A stretch of 64,000 nt of DNA from positions 41,971 through 105,970 of IMG/VR virus record IMGVR_UViG_3300028025_005797; one strand, written 5' to 3'. Of the stretch, positions 51,081 through 62,262 are shown piece after piece (within the stretch, counting starts at the first letter, position 1; every line of letters begins with the position of its first letter). This DNA is from a virus. The notes under the pieces were generated by a model. That model was not told where the DNA came from. It saw nothing but the letters and a program-made list of their open reading frames with translations, and ran no database searches. Both the position numbers and the translations under genes were made by a program.

Positions 51081-52700
51081 TCATAACTCTATGTATAGTA
51101 TTTCAAAATCGTATTTGTCCTTAAATTCATCTGGTATATCAATACTGATATTAACATCTGCAACTGGAACTCCACCTATTAGTATATCAGGTGTAATAGA
51201 ATCAATTTTGATAACGACTTCTTTTGCAGCTGAATTTATTTGTTGTAAATTAATTTCATTTCTTACTGACTCATAATCTATATCTATAGATCTTATTCTC
51301 TTAGATCCGTCTGACCCAGAATGAGAATGCTCACCTATCTGCACTCCATCTATCTTTGCAGCGTTGTCTACCGTTATGTCTCCGGTTATTACTCCACCGG
51401 ACTTCATTAGATACTGAGGATGACTATCCTCATTTAAGTCATCCAACAAAGAGTGACTAGACTTTAATGAGTTTATTTGAGACTCATCTACAGATAAGCT
51501 AGAAAGCAAAGAAGCGTAATTTGAATCTGTTTCTGTAGTAACAATTTTTTCTCTATTTACAGCCTTCATCGAAAGCTGAGATATAAAACTTGTGTACTTT
51601 CTTCTTTGAACTATAGATTGATATAAAGAGTCTATCTTTGCAGATGTGTTACTCCTTCTCTCTAAAAGGTCGGTCAAAACTGACTTGAAGTTACCTTCTG
51701 CAGCCAATAATGCTATTGCTGCCTCTTCTGACAAACTAGGTAATTCTGCTTTCATGTTTGTAGTTCTTATGTCCAAAGCAAAGTCGGCAACCACTTTTGT
51801 TTTAAATCTTAATGATGGACTTAGGTATTTATTATAAAAAACATTGCAATTAGTTACCAGATCTTTATGAAGGGTATCTAACTGACTATCTATCATATTT
51901 GTTAAAGAGTTTACTTTGATAGAAAAAAATGCTTGAAATTGAGCGGCTTGTTTTTTAGTTGTTTTATCCACTTCGGTTTCTGGCAAACCTGTTGGCGATG
52001 ATTTGATTGATTGGGCAAAGAGTTCCTTATAGTGGATTGCCATTTTGAGCCAGTATAAGTAGTACGATGCGACCTGCTGTTGTGAGTCATCTTCATAGTT
52101 GTCTCCAAAATCTGCACCTAATGAATTTATGATGCAATTAGTTTCGTTTACTAAGTACTTAATAATTTCTCTAAAATCGTAAATATGACCAAATGTAGTA
52201 TTTGATATCAAATTATCATATTCTTTTACGAATTTTCTATATCCTCTTGTTTGAACTCCTTCCGCATAAAGATATTGATCAAAACATATAAATGGTGGCC
52301 TAGGATACTTTAAGCTACCTGCATATCCTTCTATTTCTATTTTAGGATATGGATGATCAACTTTGTTAATCTCATTCCAAACATAGGCATGTGCTTCTTC
52401 TAGGTTTGAATTGTTTAATGGATCTAATTTTACTTGTCTTAATAAATCTTCTAAATCTTTTAGAAACTTAAGTAGATCTGAAAGACTATTCTTTGCTTCC
52501 TGCTTAAGAGATTGCAGAGGGACTGAGTATGGCTGATCGTTACCATATGATACTCCATTCTGAAGAAAAACTGAATTTGTTCCACCCCTAGAAAAAGCTG
52601 ACTCTACCGAACTAAGAGAAGATGATTCGCTAGATGAGTAATCTAATGTTACCTTTTGTTCTGTTGAGAGTTGATTATCTATATTATTAATTAATGACAT
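51081..52700 (-). CDS. Virion structural protein
   Basis: C-terminal DSHPQYL..GG.ITG...HSHSGSDGS fibre/spike-type motif. Confidence 0.55.
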   Translation of the reverse strand: MSLINNIDNQLSTEQKVTLDYSSSESSSLSSVESAFSRGGTNSVFLQNGVSYGNDQPYSVPLQSLKQEAKNSLSDLLKFLKDLEDLLRQVKLDPLNNSNLEEAHAYVWNEINKVDHPYPKIEIEGYAGSLKYPRPPFICFDQYLYAEGVQTRGYRKFVKEYDNLISNTTFGHIYDFREIIKYLVNETNCIINSLGADFGDNYEDDSQQQVASYYLYWLKMAIHYKELFAQSIKSSPTGLPETEVDKTTKKQAAQFQAFFSIKVNSLTNMIDSQLDTLHKDLVTNCNVFYNKYLSPSLRFKTKVVADFALDIRTTNMKAELPSLSEEAAIALLAAEGNFKSVLTDLLERRSNTSAKIDSLYQSIVQRRKYTSFISQLSMKAVNREKIVTTETDSNYASLLSSLSVDESQINSLKSSHSLLDDLNEDSHPQYLMKSGGVITGDITVDNAAKIDGVQIGEHSHSGSDGSKRIRSIDIDYESVRNEINLQQINSAAKEVVIKIDSITPDILIGGVPVADVNISIDIPDEFKDKYDFEILYIEL

Positions 52701-52707
52701 AATTTAC

Positions 52708-54565
52708 CTAAAACATTTTTCTAGAAACACGTTTGACTGGTTTTCTTTTACCAAAACTTGGCATTAGGGGAGCGTTTCTTTGTGTAGTTACCATAATACC
52801 AGAAGCTGGTGCTTCCTTATCCACGTCATCAGATGCATTGCTTGCTTTTGGCATGAAGAACGTGTTTGAAAAACTCTCTGTATTTTTAGCCACCTTTAAC
52901 TTACTAAAGTCTCCATAGTTCTGAGTTATAGCAAGAAGTGCTAACATTAAAGCGTCGTGCGCGTGATCCATAGCGGATCCGCCTGCTTCAAATATAGGTC
53001 TTCCCATTTGAGTGGTCCTAACAACAACATATGAAATCAACTGCATATAAAGCTCTTCATCTGAAGCCGGAAATAAGATAGCTTCCCTTTCAAGATATTG
53101 AGTTAGATTATCTACCATGTATGGTTTAATTTCTTTTTTAATTGGTAGCTTTGTATATGGATCTCTTATTTCTATAGATTCACCAAAACCTATTCCCTTG
53201 ACTCTGTCTCTAAGGTTTGATTTTGGATTTTCTGTTCCATATTTTCTAAGTAGTTCTACTTGAACTTCTCCATATCCGCGGTCAACATAAATATGCTTTG
53301 GATGAAAAGATTCATTTAATTCAACAATTCTATTAACCCCATTAGTTAGAGTGTATTCAGACTTAGGGATTTCTTCTCTATATACAACTCTAACTTTATT
53401 TCTGAATCTTTCATCTTCGTAGTTTTCATTACAGGTTTCTAATACAACTATATTTGTTCCAGCGCCGTATTTATCCCAGTCAACTCCAATTGTATAGAAT
53501 GATCTAGCTGATTGTATTTCAGGAGTATACTCCCAAGATGGTTCTATAAAAGCTTTGTCTATAAACTTTCTAGGATATACGCCTTCTGCGTCTTCGCCCC
53601 AGTCTGCTTCAATTTCATGACGATAACCCATTTCTGAGTATTGTTCCCTAAATTCATCTTCTTGCTCTTTAGAAAAATATGGGTTGCAATATGATGGAAA
53701 CCAGAACTCTTGGAATCTAGCGCTTCTGCACCATTCCCAAAATCTTTCCCTTCTACCAGTTGGCGTTGAAGCTCCAATAAGTATTTTGTCCGGTTGATCT
53801 TCTGCGGTCTTCTGTAGCATCGCGTAGAGCGCGTCAAGGTCATCTGCGTGCATGTAGTCCATTTCGTCCAACACAATCACGTGTGCTTCTTGACCACGGG
53901 CTACGTCTGATTTTCCGCCTGAGCGCATACCAGATGTAAAGAATCTAATTGTAGATCCATTAGAAAACTGAATCATAAACTGAGGACTAGTTACTTTTCT
54001 TGTAATTGAATTCATAACTATTTCATTTTTAGAAGCTAATCTAAGAATTTCTTGATAGATTAATTCAACATGAGATTTCATTGGAGCAATAACTAAACAT
54101 CTTCCATCTTTATGCGTATAGCTATAGTGCAGTAAAGCAATTGCCATGCTGAAGGTTTTTCCTAAACGACGACCTGCTCTTAATACTTTTCTTAATGCTG
54201 GATCGCGCAAAATTAAAGTTTGATAAACTCTTGTTTCTGCTTGAAGAAAATGTTTTGCCCATCTACATGGATCTTTAGATATATGTATTTGTCTTTGTTG
54301 ATCAGCTGATATTCCGCATATCTAACAAATTATTATCAATCTCAAAAGGTTCGTCAATTAATAGGGCTAATTCTCTATTTGTAAATTGTCTACCTTCAAC
54401 TGGCGTACCATCAGCCCAGTTTATGTGGCTTAGTTTATTTTTAAAAACCCATTCAATTCTATTAACCTGTTTTGAATATTCTGGATCTTGCGCGTTGATA
54501 ATTTCTAAAAGATCATCCCTAGAAAGACCTTCTAATCTTTTACGAAATTCCTTTGTTTTGTCCAT
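52708..54565 (-). CDS. terL: Terminase large subunit (618 aa with +1 shift at CGG 54316-54314)
   Basis: RVYQ (Q motif; lies upstream of the ORF-track start), AGRRLGKT Walker A, IVLDEMD Walker B, ASTP, GVDWD nuclease, DHAHDAL. Confidence 0.92.
54313..54316 (-). other. +1 recoding site CGGA (codon 84, TerL)
   Basis: ATG CGG AAT ATC AGC TGA vs ATG [C]GGA ATA TCA. Confidence 0.85.
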
Positions 54566-54573
54566 AGTATATT

Positions 54574-56171
54574 CTACCCGAAATGCGAAGCCATCATCGC
54601 ACCTTCTGATCCAAGTAATGATCTAGCGTTTAGCCTGCTGTTCTGAATTGCGGCAACACCTCTAGCTCTAGAGGTTGCTCTAACTTCATCATCTTTATAT
54701 CCTGCTCCAAAAACTCCGGTATACATATTACCTTGCATTGACTTCATGCCGTCTTTACCAAAATTAATTCCAGCTTTAACGGCCAATCCACCAAGCTTAG
54801 CAAGTTGGTAAGCCATATCAGCTGCAAAGATTAAATTAAGACCAGGAACAGCTGCTAATGCTGCTTCTCCAGCTACAGCTAAACCAACTCTAGCTCCACC
54901 GTGTTTAACTGCAGACAAAGCTCCTTTTGTTCCAAGTGACTTTATTATTCCCTTGTCCACTATTTCAGTAGCTATTGTACCCATTCTAGCCTTAACAACA
55001 TCATCGCCCAATGATGATGCAAAACCTGCACCAGTTCCAATTCCTCTATTCAAAGCTGTATTAAGTAGTCTTGCATCTTTTCCTAGAGCTCCAGCTAAAG
55101 GTCTGATCATTTTTTCAGCTGTATCCGTCATTGCAATATTGGTTATACCAAAAGCTTTTGTTCCAGCTGTTCCCATTGCAGTTCGCATTTCTGCTCCACC
55201 ACCAGGTGTTAATAATGCGCGCATAAAGTTTTGTGATTTTGTAGCGTTGACACCCATTGTTGTCATGTACCTGCGTTCACCAACACTAAGGGCTTCTCCT
55301 GCGACTGTCTTATTTACCACACCTCCTAATGTAGTTGCTTGAGTTGAAAAGTTTCCTGGATTTTGCATGAACCTACCTGTGGCAGGATTTCTAACAGCAG
55401 GTAAACGACTTCCTGGTGGAGCATAGACTTGTGTTGAAAGTGGTCCTCCATTCATCTTAGCTATTCTTGCTAGATTCAAATCTCCACGTAGAACAGCCTT
55501 ACTGCTTGCATTTCTTGCGGCTCTTCTTTCTAGTTTAGTTATAGCTCCCATTCTTCCAATGATTCCACCACTAAATGCTGGTGTTGCTTCCTTTGAAGTT
55601 CTAGTTATCATGTTACCTAATGAAGCTAATGCTCCACCGGCATTTGGTGCCATAAATCCTTTATTATATCCAGCGCCAAATCGAGAAAGGTTTGGATCCC
55701 TAAAGAATGCTCTAGGGTTTGCGGTTAAGTTTCCTCTTCTAAATCTCTTAAAGTTAGATCCTACTTTATTTAAATCATCTACACCAGATTTAACTGCAGC
55801 TCTTCCGACCTCTTGCTAGACGTTGTCCTCTTGTAGTAGGTGTAAAGATTCGTCCTTGTTTTAAACTCTGCATTGTTGGCTTGAGTCTTGTTCCGCCAAC
55901 AAATTGACTTGCGCCTTGTGGACCAAGTGGATCTAATGCGTTTCCTATGAAAGGTCTAAACTTTGCTCTAGACCTAGCTGCTAATCCACGTCCTCCTTTA
56001 TTATCTAAAAATCCACCTTTAAGAATTGTATTTTGAGCTCTGTATCCACCATATCCAAATAGAAGCAATGGATTTTGTATTGCTGAAGTTGCTTCCATTC
56101 CGGCCTAAGACTTTACCCATTGCTCCTGGAATCTGAGGAGCTTCGTCAGTCATTCCACTCATATCACTCAT
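54574..56171 (-). CDS. Basic Gly/Ala-rich protein, possible internal/ejected virion protein (531 aa with two +1 shifts at CGG 56102-56100 and 55807-55805)
   Basis: Three ORF pieces join at two in-frame CGGA; ATG 56171 follows the upstream stop at 56174. Confidence 0.65.
55804..55807 (-). other. +1 recoding site CGGA (codon 122)
   Basis: GGT CGG AAG AGC TGC AGT TAA vs GGT [C]GGA AGA GCT. Confidence 0.8.
56099..56102 (-). other. +1 recoding site CGGA (codon 24)
   Basis: GGC CGG AAT...TAA vs GGC [C]GGA ATG GAA; weaker because an ATG follows immediately. Confidence 0.65.
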
Positions 56172-56173
56172 GG

Positions 56174-56743
56174 TTAACCGCCCCTTCTTAGATTATGTAA
56201 GCCGAGTACTATGTTTCCGTCTGCGTTAAGTTCTTGTGCAGTTTGTGATGAAGTGTTTCTTTGTCCATATAATTTTCCACCATAAGTCATGTCTCTATTT
56301 AATCTTCTAGTTCCAACATACGGTGATTCATTTATAAATCTTTCATTTCTATTTATATAACCAACTCCCATTGCAGCACTTCCTGCTAATCCAGCTGTTG
56401 CTCCAAATGCTGCTCCCAAAACTCCACCCTTAAAACCTTTAGCCATACCACCAACAACGCCTCCCAGCGTTGCTCCTAAGCCCATAGCGGCCATTGTGTT
56501 CCTACCTGTACTGGAACCTGGAATTGCTGCATCAAAAACTGCACCAGGCGTTAGCTTTCTTCCGAGAAAAGTTTCATCCGCATTAGGATCACCAAAAGCA
56601 ACATCCATAGCAGCATCTCTTGCTGCTGGTGCAGCGTTTTTAACAAGGCCTGCTGTTGCTGCTCCAGCTATGATGGCACCTGCGCCAACTTTAGTCGTAG
56701 CGCCTTTGTATATAGATTTACCTATGCTTGATAGAAGTGCCAT
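56174..56743 (-). CDS. Gly/Ala-rich protein with hydrophobic segments, possible ejection protein
   Basis: GxxxG-rich helices. Confidence 0.55.
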   Translation of the reverse strand: MALLSSIGKSIYKGATTKVGAGAIIAGAATAGLVKNAAPAARDAAMDVAFGDPNADETFLGRKLTPGAVFDAAIPGSSTGRNTMAAMGLGATLGGVVGGMAKGFKGGVLGAAFGATAGLAGSAAMGVGYINRNERFINESPYVGTRRLNRDMTYGGKLYGQRNTSSQTAQELNADGNIVLGLHNLRRGG

Positions 56744-59700
56744 TTATCTATCTCCAAATAAATGATTATTTTTATTAGAACCCATTGATGTATGACCTAT
56801 TTTTTGTCTATCTAAATTTCCTACAACACCAGCTGTGAATAATGGATCTTTTCTTCTTGAAGTCTGACCATTACCCATTAATGCTTCCTGTATACCATAA
56901 GGCCTTTGCCCTTGTTCAACTGGTGCTGGTCCCATAGTAGCGTCATAAAGATCATTTTCGTTTCCTCTTTTAGCCATTTTATATCCAGTGACAGCTCCAG
57001 CTAAGGCTAAGGCGCCTAATGCAAATTTTCCTTTATTGGATTCATACACTCTTCTACCCAACGCTATTGCATCGGTAGCAATCTGTTCACCTTCACTAAG
57101 GCCTGGTAGTGTTGGATTAATAGACTCTACAAGTGATCCAGAATTAATAAGAGCTGTTTTTGCAGCAGCGTCTTCCATAGCTCTTGCTATACCAGGATCT
57201 ACCGTTTCACCTACAAGAGCTCTTGCTGCTGTATCCATATCTTCAGTTACTGATCCAGACGTTGCAAAACCAATTACACCGTCTTTTTCAGTTTTAAATA
57301 CATCAACAAGTCTATGAACCCTACCCTTTAATGCAATGTCGGTATCTCTTACGCCAGAAATACCTTGAGCTAATCTTGCTTCGTTTATAGTTTCTACTGC
57401 GGCATTTCCTGTTATTTTCATTCCTATGATGCCTGTTTGACTTATTTCTTCTGCTATCGTTCCAACGGTAGCCCTATAATTTGCAATAACAACATTTGGA
57501 TCTGCTTTGCCTGCAAACTCGATTAACTTTTCTTCTCTAGCTTCTCGCGTTGTGAGTTTTGCAACTTCAGATAATTGCTGCATTCTTTCTGTTAGATTAA
57601 CTGAAGTTAAGTTTTTTTCACCAAAAATATTTCTAGCCAAAGTTCTTGCTTCATCTTGCATTTGAGTGTTAATAAAAGAACCTGGCGTTGATTTAAGTTT
57701 ATTGTAAGCTCTAATATTTCCAGCTAAAACTTGTTCAGCTAAATCATCAGTAGTTTCTTTACCTAAATTCTTAGGAACAAAAGCTCTGTTTATAGTGTCT
57801 TCTAATTGTGAGTCTGCTGCTTGAACTGTTGAATCTATAAATCTATTTAAATCTGCGTTTTCTAAAAATTCCTTACTTCCGAATTTAATACCATCACCAA
57901 TAACATTTCCTGCATCGTCAAACTGTCTTATTGTGAGATTAGCAAGGTCGTCTGCATTGACAATAACTCTGGATGATTTTTTGGCAGTACCGGTAACTGG
58001 GGTTCTAAAATATGAATTTTCTTCTATAGCAAAAGTGCCCGTTTTTGTTCTTCTTTGTATATCAAAAATACTTTCTTTACCTTGAGCCATTGTAAATTGT
58101 ATACCAATGTCGGATAACTTACCTAGATCTTTTCCAGCCAAAGGACTATAGGCATTGGTTCCAGCTCTTGAAACTTTATCTATTAATTTTTCACCTATTT
58201 TTGATGTAGCTTTAGCTTCTGCTGAAGCTAGTATTCTACTTCTAACATCATAAGTAGCGTAGGGTAAACCTCTATCGATTAAAGCTTGTGAATACTCAGC
58301 GGTTTTTGATCCAACAATTGCTGGAGCGTATCCGCCACTTCTTAGTCCATAATGTTCACTTGTGGTACCCATTGCCTGAGATAGACCAGTCACATTTGTT
58401 GATAATGATCTAGGTGTTCCAAGATTTTTAAGGGCTCTCCTGGCATACACCATTTGATCAAGCTCTGTTGCTTCTATCTCAGTTATTCCAATATTAGATA
58501 AAGCCAGACTTCCTCGATTTGCTAAAATCGAGTTACCGTTTCCTAAATTTATTCTTTCAGCTTTTCCTTCTCTAGCTTCATTCAAGGCAAATTTAAAAGC
58601 TTTTTGTATTGTTGCAGTGTCATCAAGTTCTTGAAATCCTGCTCCTGTAACTCCTCTAGACTCAAAATTAGAAAATACATATTTATTTTTTTCAGCGTCA
58701 TAATAAATTGATCCTGCCGATGCTTCGTCGGCTAGATTGATACCAAGATTAATTGGTTCTGGATTACTTTGTAATCTTGCTAGATACTCTGTGTCAACAG
58801 ACAAAGATATCTTTTTCATTCCCGATTCTGTTTGAAGAAAATCAAAAACATTACTAGACACTCTAGACATGTCTGATATATTAGTTATTGGAGTTACTGC
58901 GCTGCTTTGTCTAATTCTTGCTCTCATGAATTTTTCAAAAGCGGTCATTGACCTATCTTCTTTCATGAAGCCATGAGCTTTAAATAAGTCTTGAAGCTTA
59001 CCGGCTTTGACTTTATATTCAGCTGCGGCTGCATCGCTTAATCCAGATGGTGTTAATCCAGGAGTTGGAAGTCTTCTAATCTTAAGTTCATTATTATTAA
59101 TGAAATTACTTATGTATGCGTTTAACATCGTGTCGACTTCTGCGGTGTGGGTACCACGAGTTTCCATTAAACGAGTTAAATTTTTTAATCCTTCTTCTCC
59201 AGCATTATTTTCTAACAGTTCAAAAAAATTAGTATTTAAGAATAAATTCTCTAATGACTCAGTACCTTTTGCTCCGCCAAACATTTCTGGAGAAACGCTA
59301 AAAGAAGACAATAATCCACGCTGCAATTCTGGAGATATACTAAACGTGTCGTCTCCCAAAATTGATCCAGCATTTTGCATTATTCTTTCAAGTTCAGCTT
59401 GTTGCATACCCATAGCAATTTTTGCGCTATCTAGTGTATCTATCATGTAGCTAGGATTAGATGATCTTAACTGTAAAAATGTTTTTAATAAACTTTTTGC
59501 TTCTTCATCTTCTTGAAATGCTGGAAGCCTTTGCAGGGTTCCTATAAGTTTATCTAAGTCGAATGCTTCGGCGTTGTGACCTTCTATTCTAAAGTTTTCA
59601 ACACTTTTACCATCATTTGTAAAAATTTTTAGAATCTCTTTAAGATCTGAAACAACTTCTGAACCACCGTCTTTGTATGCTTTTCTAAACTTTATCATTT

Positions 59701-60698
59701 CATCGTCAGGTACATAACCTCCTCTTTCAGATAAAAATGCAGCTTCAGATAAAGGAACCGTGTGTCCATTTTTATCAACGTATCCAGCTATATCCATTAG
59801 ATCAGAAGCAAAGCTTTTGCTAGTTAATATTTCTGGTGCAGTGCTACTCATTGTTCCATCAAGATGGTAAGTAACTTCTCTTTTAACTAATGCTATTTCT
59901 CTTATTTGAGATTCTGGAGTTAGTCCGGTTGTTTCAGTGTCCCATGTTATAACTGTATATTTTCTTCCTTTTTCAAAAGCTAAATGATTCATTGGTTTAC
60001 TTGTATCTTTATTAGAACTAGGTAGTCCTTCTGGAAAAAATTTTTTACTTCGTTCATGTAGTCTTGCAAGAGAAAATGGAGATCTCATTCTATTTCTACC
60101 CGTTGAAAAATCTTCTAAGCTTGTTGCGTCATGAGTTGGGTTAAATGACGTTCTCATTAAGTTGAGCGTATGTGGATGAATTCCATCTTTTGGATCACCA
60201 CTACCAAATGGATCAACTATATATCTTAAAAAGTGTCTATATGGACTTTCTGATGGAAGCGAATTTCCCGGCATGCCTAACTCAGTAAATGTTCGATCTA
60301 AAGAAAGTACTTTTTCTCTATATTGCATATAGACATCATCTGCAGCTGCTTTATTCAATAAAGATAAATCTAAATTTTCTGATTGAACTAAAAACTCTAA
60401 GTTATCTCTTAATCCTTGGTCTGTTAAATCTCTAAATCTAGCAAGCCCCGATGCACTTCTGTGTTCAGGCTTCATCATGTAATCTAAATATGAATCTGTA
60501 ACAGCTTTTGCTCTTTCTAAATATCCTCTTGCGGATCCAACAGTAAATGTTTTTCCTCTAACAATTTCATCTCCGCAGCATTGCTTCAATTCTTTGACTT
60601 GTTACGGCAGATCTTTGAGGAGATAAGAATTGCTCTCCAACTTCTATTTGATTACCTAGATTTTCCAGTTGACTATTACTCAATCTATGTTTTCTCAT
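56744..60698 (-). CDS. Large protein with DnaQ/DEDDh 3'-5' exonuclease domain (1317 aa with +1 shift at CGG 60575-60573)
   Basis: VITWDTETTGL (ExoI), GHNAEAFDL (ExoII), HTAEVD (ExoIII); hydrophobic helix near the C-terminus; true start 60698. Confidence 0.75.
60572..60575 (-). other. +1 recoding site CGGA (codon 42, exonuclease-domain protein)
   Basis: CTG CGG AGA TGA vs CTG [C]GGA GAT GAA. Confidence 0.85.
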
Positions 60699-60702
60699 AT
60701 CT

Positions 60703-61422
60703 CTACTCTAGTTCTTTGGTTTGAGCTTCTATATAATCATCTACTTCATATGTACCAAGTTTTTTGCGAATAAGTTTATTATTCTCTATTTCAATTTTTT
60801 GAACTTTCTGAATAATATCAGAAATAGCTTGAGCTGTATCAAGTTGAGTTTGACCAGTCTTTGCCCTAGCTTCTCTAGTTGCTAGTAATTGATTGCGTAA
60901 ATCTTTTCTTCTTTTGTGCAATCGGTCTTCAAGTTCTACTGCTAAGTGTAATTCTTTTTTAAGAATTGGCTCACCATCTTTATCTATACCAATAATATTT
61001 TCTTGAATAAAATGTTCTTTAGCTAATAGTTTAGTTTTACGTAAATATTGAACTTCTTGATCAACTAAATCTCTTACCATAGAAACTTCAACTAAATTAT
61101 TTGGACTTACATCTAATTGTTCCATATATTCACCTGTAAATTGAGAAACCATTCCCATTTCTATTGGACATGGTTTTCCCTTTGGTGCTAAATTTTGTTG
61201 ATGTAGTGGGCAGGTTTCTGCAAATATGCAGCGCGATGCTTCACATCTCATTGGAATTGAAGAAAACATTGATGTTCTTGTTTTTTGTGGACGAACTAAA
61301 TCAACAGCTTTTTCTTTTTGTTCATCTGTCCATTCGTCTGGAAAAAATAAATCAGGACGAAGTGATTCAAACTTATCCATGAAAGAATTTTTATCTTCAA
61401 ATCTTTCTATATTACCTTCCAT
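60703..61422 (-). CDS. Putative terminase small subunit-like protein with Cys cluster (start revised to 61422)
   Basis: Cx4Cx5CP...CPIE; C-terminal HLAV...QLLATREARAK reminiscent of P27-type small terminases. Confidence 0.45.
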   Translation of the reverse strand: MEGNIERFEDKNSFMDKFESLRPDLFFPDEWTDEQKEKAVDLVRPQKTRTSMFSSIPMRCEASRCIFAETCPLHQQNLAPKGKPCPIEMGMVSQFTGEYMEQLDVSPNNLVEVSMVRDLVDQEVQYLRKTKLLAKEHFIQENIIGIDKDGEPILKKELHLAVELEDRLHKRRKDLRNQLLATREARAKTGQTQLDTAQAISDIIQKVQKIEIENNKLIRKKLGTYEVDDYIEAQTKELE

Positions 61423-61589
61423 TAAAATCAATCCATTCAGACTTAACAATACCCTCTTGGGCATATGTTTGTATTAAACAACTTTTGCATCCGGGGACAA
61501 TAATATTCTTGGATATGAAGAACCTGTTCAGCTTGAACTATATCTTCGTAAACAAAATTTAAATCATAATTACATCTAACACATTTCAT
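61412..61589 (-). CDS. Zn-ribbon mini-protein (58 aa with +1 shift at CGG 61493-61491); absent from the ORF track
   Basis: MKCVRC...YYCP-G-CKSCLI...; the shift completes the second CxxC; ATGA overlap with the upstream stop. Confidence 0.7.
61490..61493 (-). other. +1 recoding site CGGA (codon 33, Zn ribbon)
   Basis: TGT CCC CGG ATG vs TGT CCC [C]GGA TGC. Confidence 0.75.
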
Positions 61590-62026
61590 TTGTGCTCCGA
61601 AAGAACTTTCATTAAACTTCTTTGTAGCTTTTCTGCTACTTCGACATTTTGTGCCGCATTAACAAACATGCTAACTTCGCGCATTTCATCAGGAGTGAGC
61701 GCAGAGCTAATAATAAATCTAGCACCTTTGCATATGTCACAATAAACATCTTTTCCGCCGTTTGCTTCTAATCTTGCTGATGAACATGAACACTGTTCTA
61801 TTATTTCAAAAAATTCTAAAGCTTGAGCTAAATCGTACCATTTGTTTTTAAATAATTTTTTTGTTTGTTCTTTATAAGCTCTTAGTTTATAGGGGTCATC
61901 TGAAAGAAGTGTGCCCATATCTAAAGCTTGTTTCATCAAATCATTTATTGTTCGATACAAAAAATTTGGTAATTCAAAATCACCATTTATGTTAATAAAA
62001 TTCTTCCAGTCACTCATTATAAACAT
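61586..62026 (-). CDS. Hypothetical protein with CxC...CxxC Zn motif
   Basis: CSCS...YCDICKG. Confidence 0.6.
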   Translation of the reverse strand: MFIMSDWKNFININGDFELPNFLYRTINDLMKQALDMGTLLSDDPYKLRAYKEQTKKLFKNKWYDLAQALEFFEIIEQCSCSSARLEANGGKDVYCDICKGARFIISSALTPDEMREVSMFVNAAQNVEVAEKLQRSLMKVLSEHK

Positions 62027-62063
62027 CCTTACATTTAGATATATAACATTATATCACTTTATA

Positions 62064-62258
62064 TTACATTCCTGTCATTCCGCCACTTGACTTTGCTTGT
62101 AAACCATTAGCTCCAGATGATCTTCCGCGCATTGCAGCCATTCCACCTAATCCAATTCCTGCACCAAGGGCAAATTTCCCTCTTCTAGTGCTGGGCATTC
62201 TTGCACCACTTACTAACCTTCCAGCTCCGCCAGCTAAACGTCTTGCTCCAGCTAACAT
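62064..62258 (-). CDS. Small basic Gly/Ala/Arg-rich protein
   Basis: Similar composition to the two upstream ORFs. Confidence 0.6.
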   Translation of the reverse strand: MLAGARRLAGGAGRLVSGARMPSTRRGKFALGAGIGLGGMAAMRGRSSGANGLQAKSSGGMTGM

Positions 62259-62262
62259 TAAA

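Noticed and set aside
52708-54565. Intron, intein or pseudogene in terL and other split genes
   Set aside because: Only one extra nucleotide separates the halves, motifs are intact and there is no other decay.
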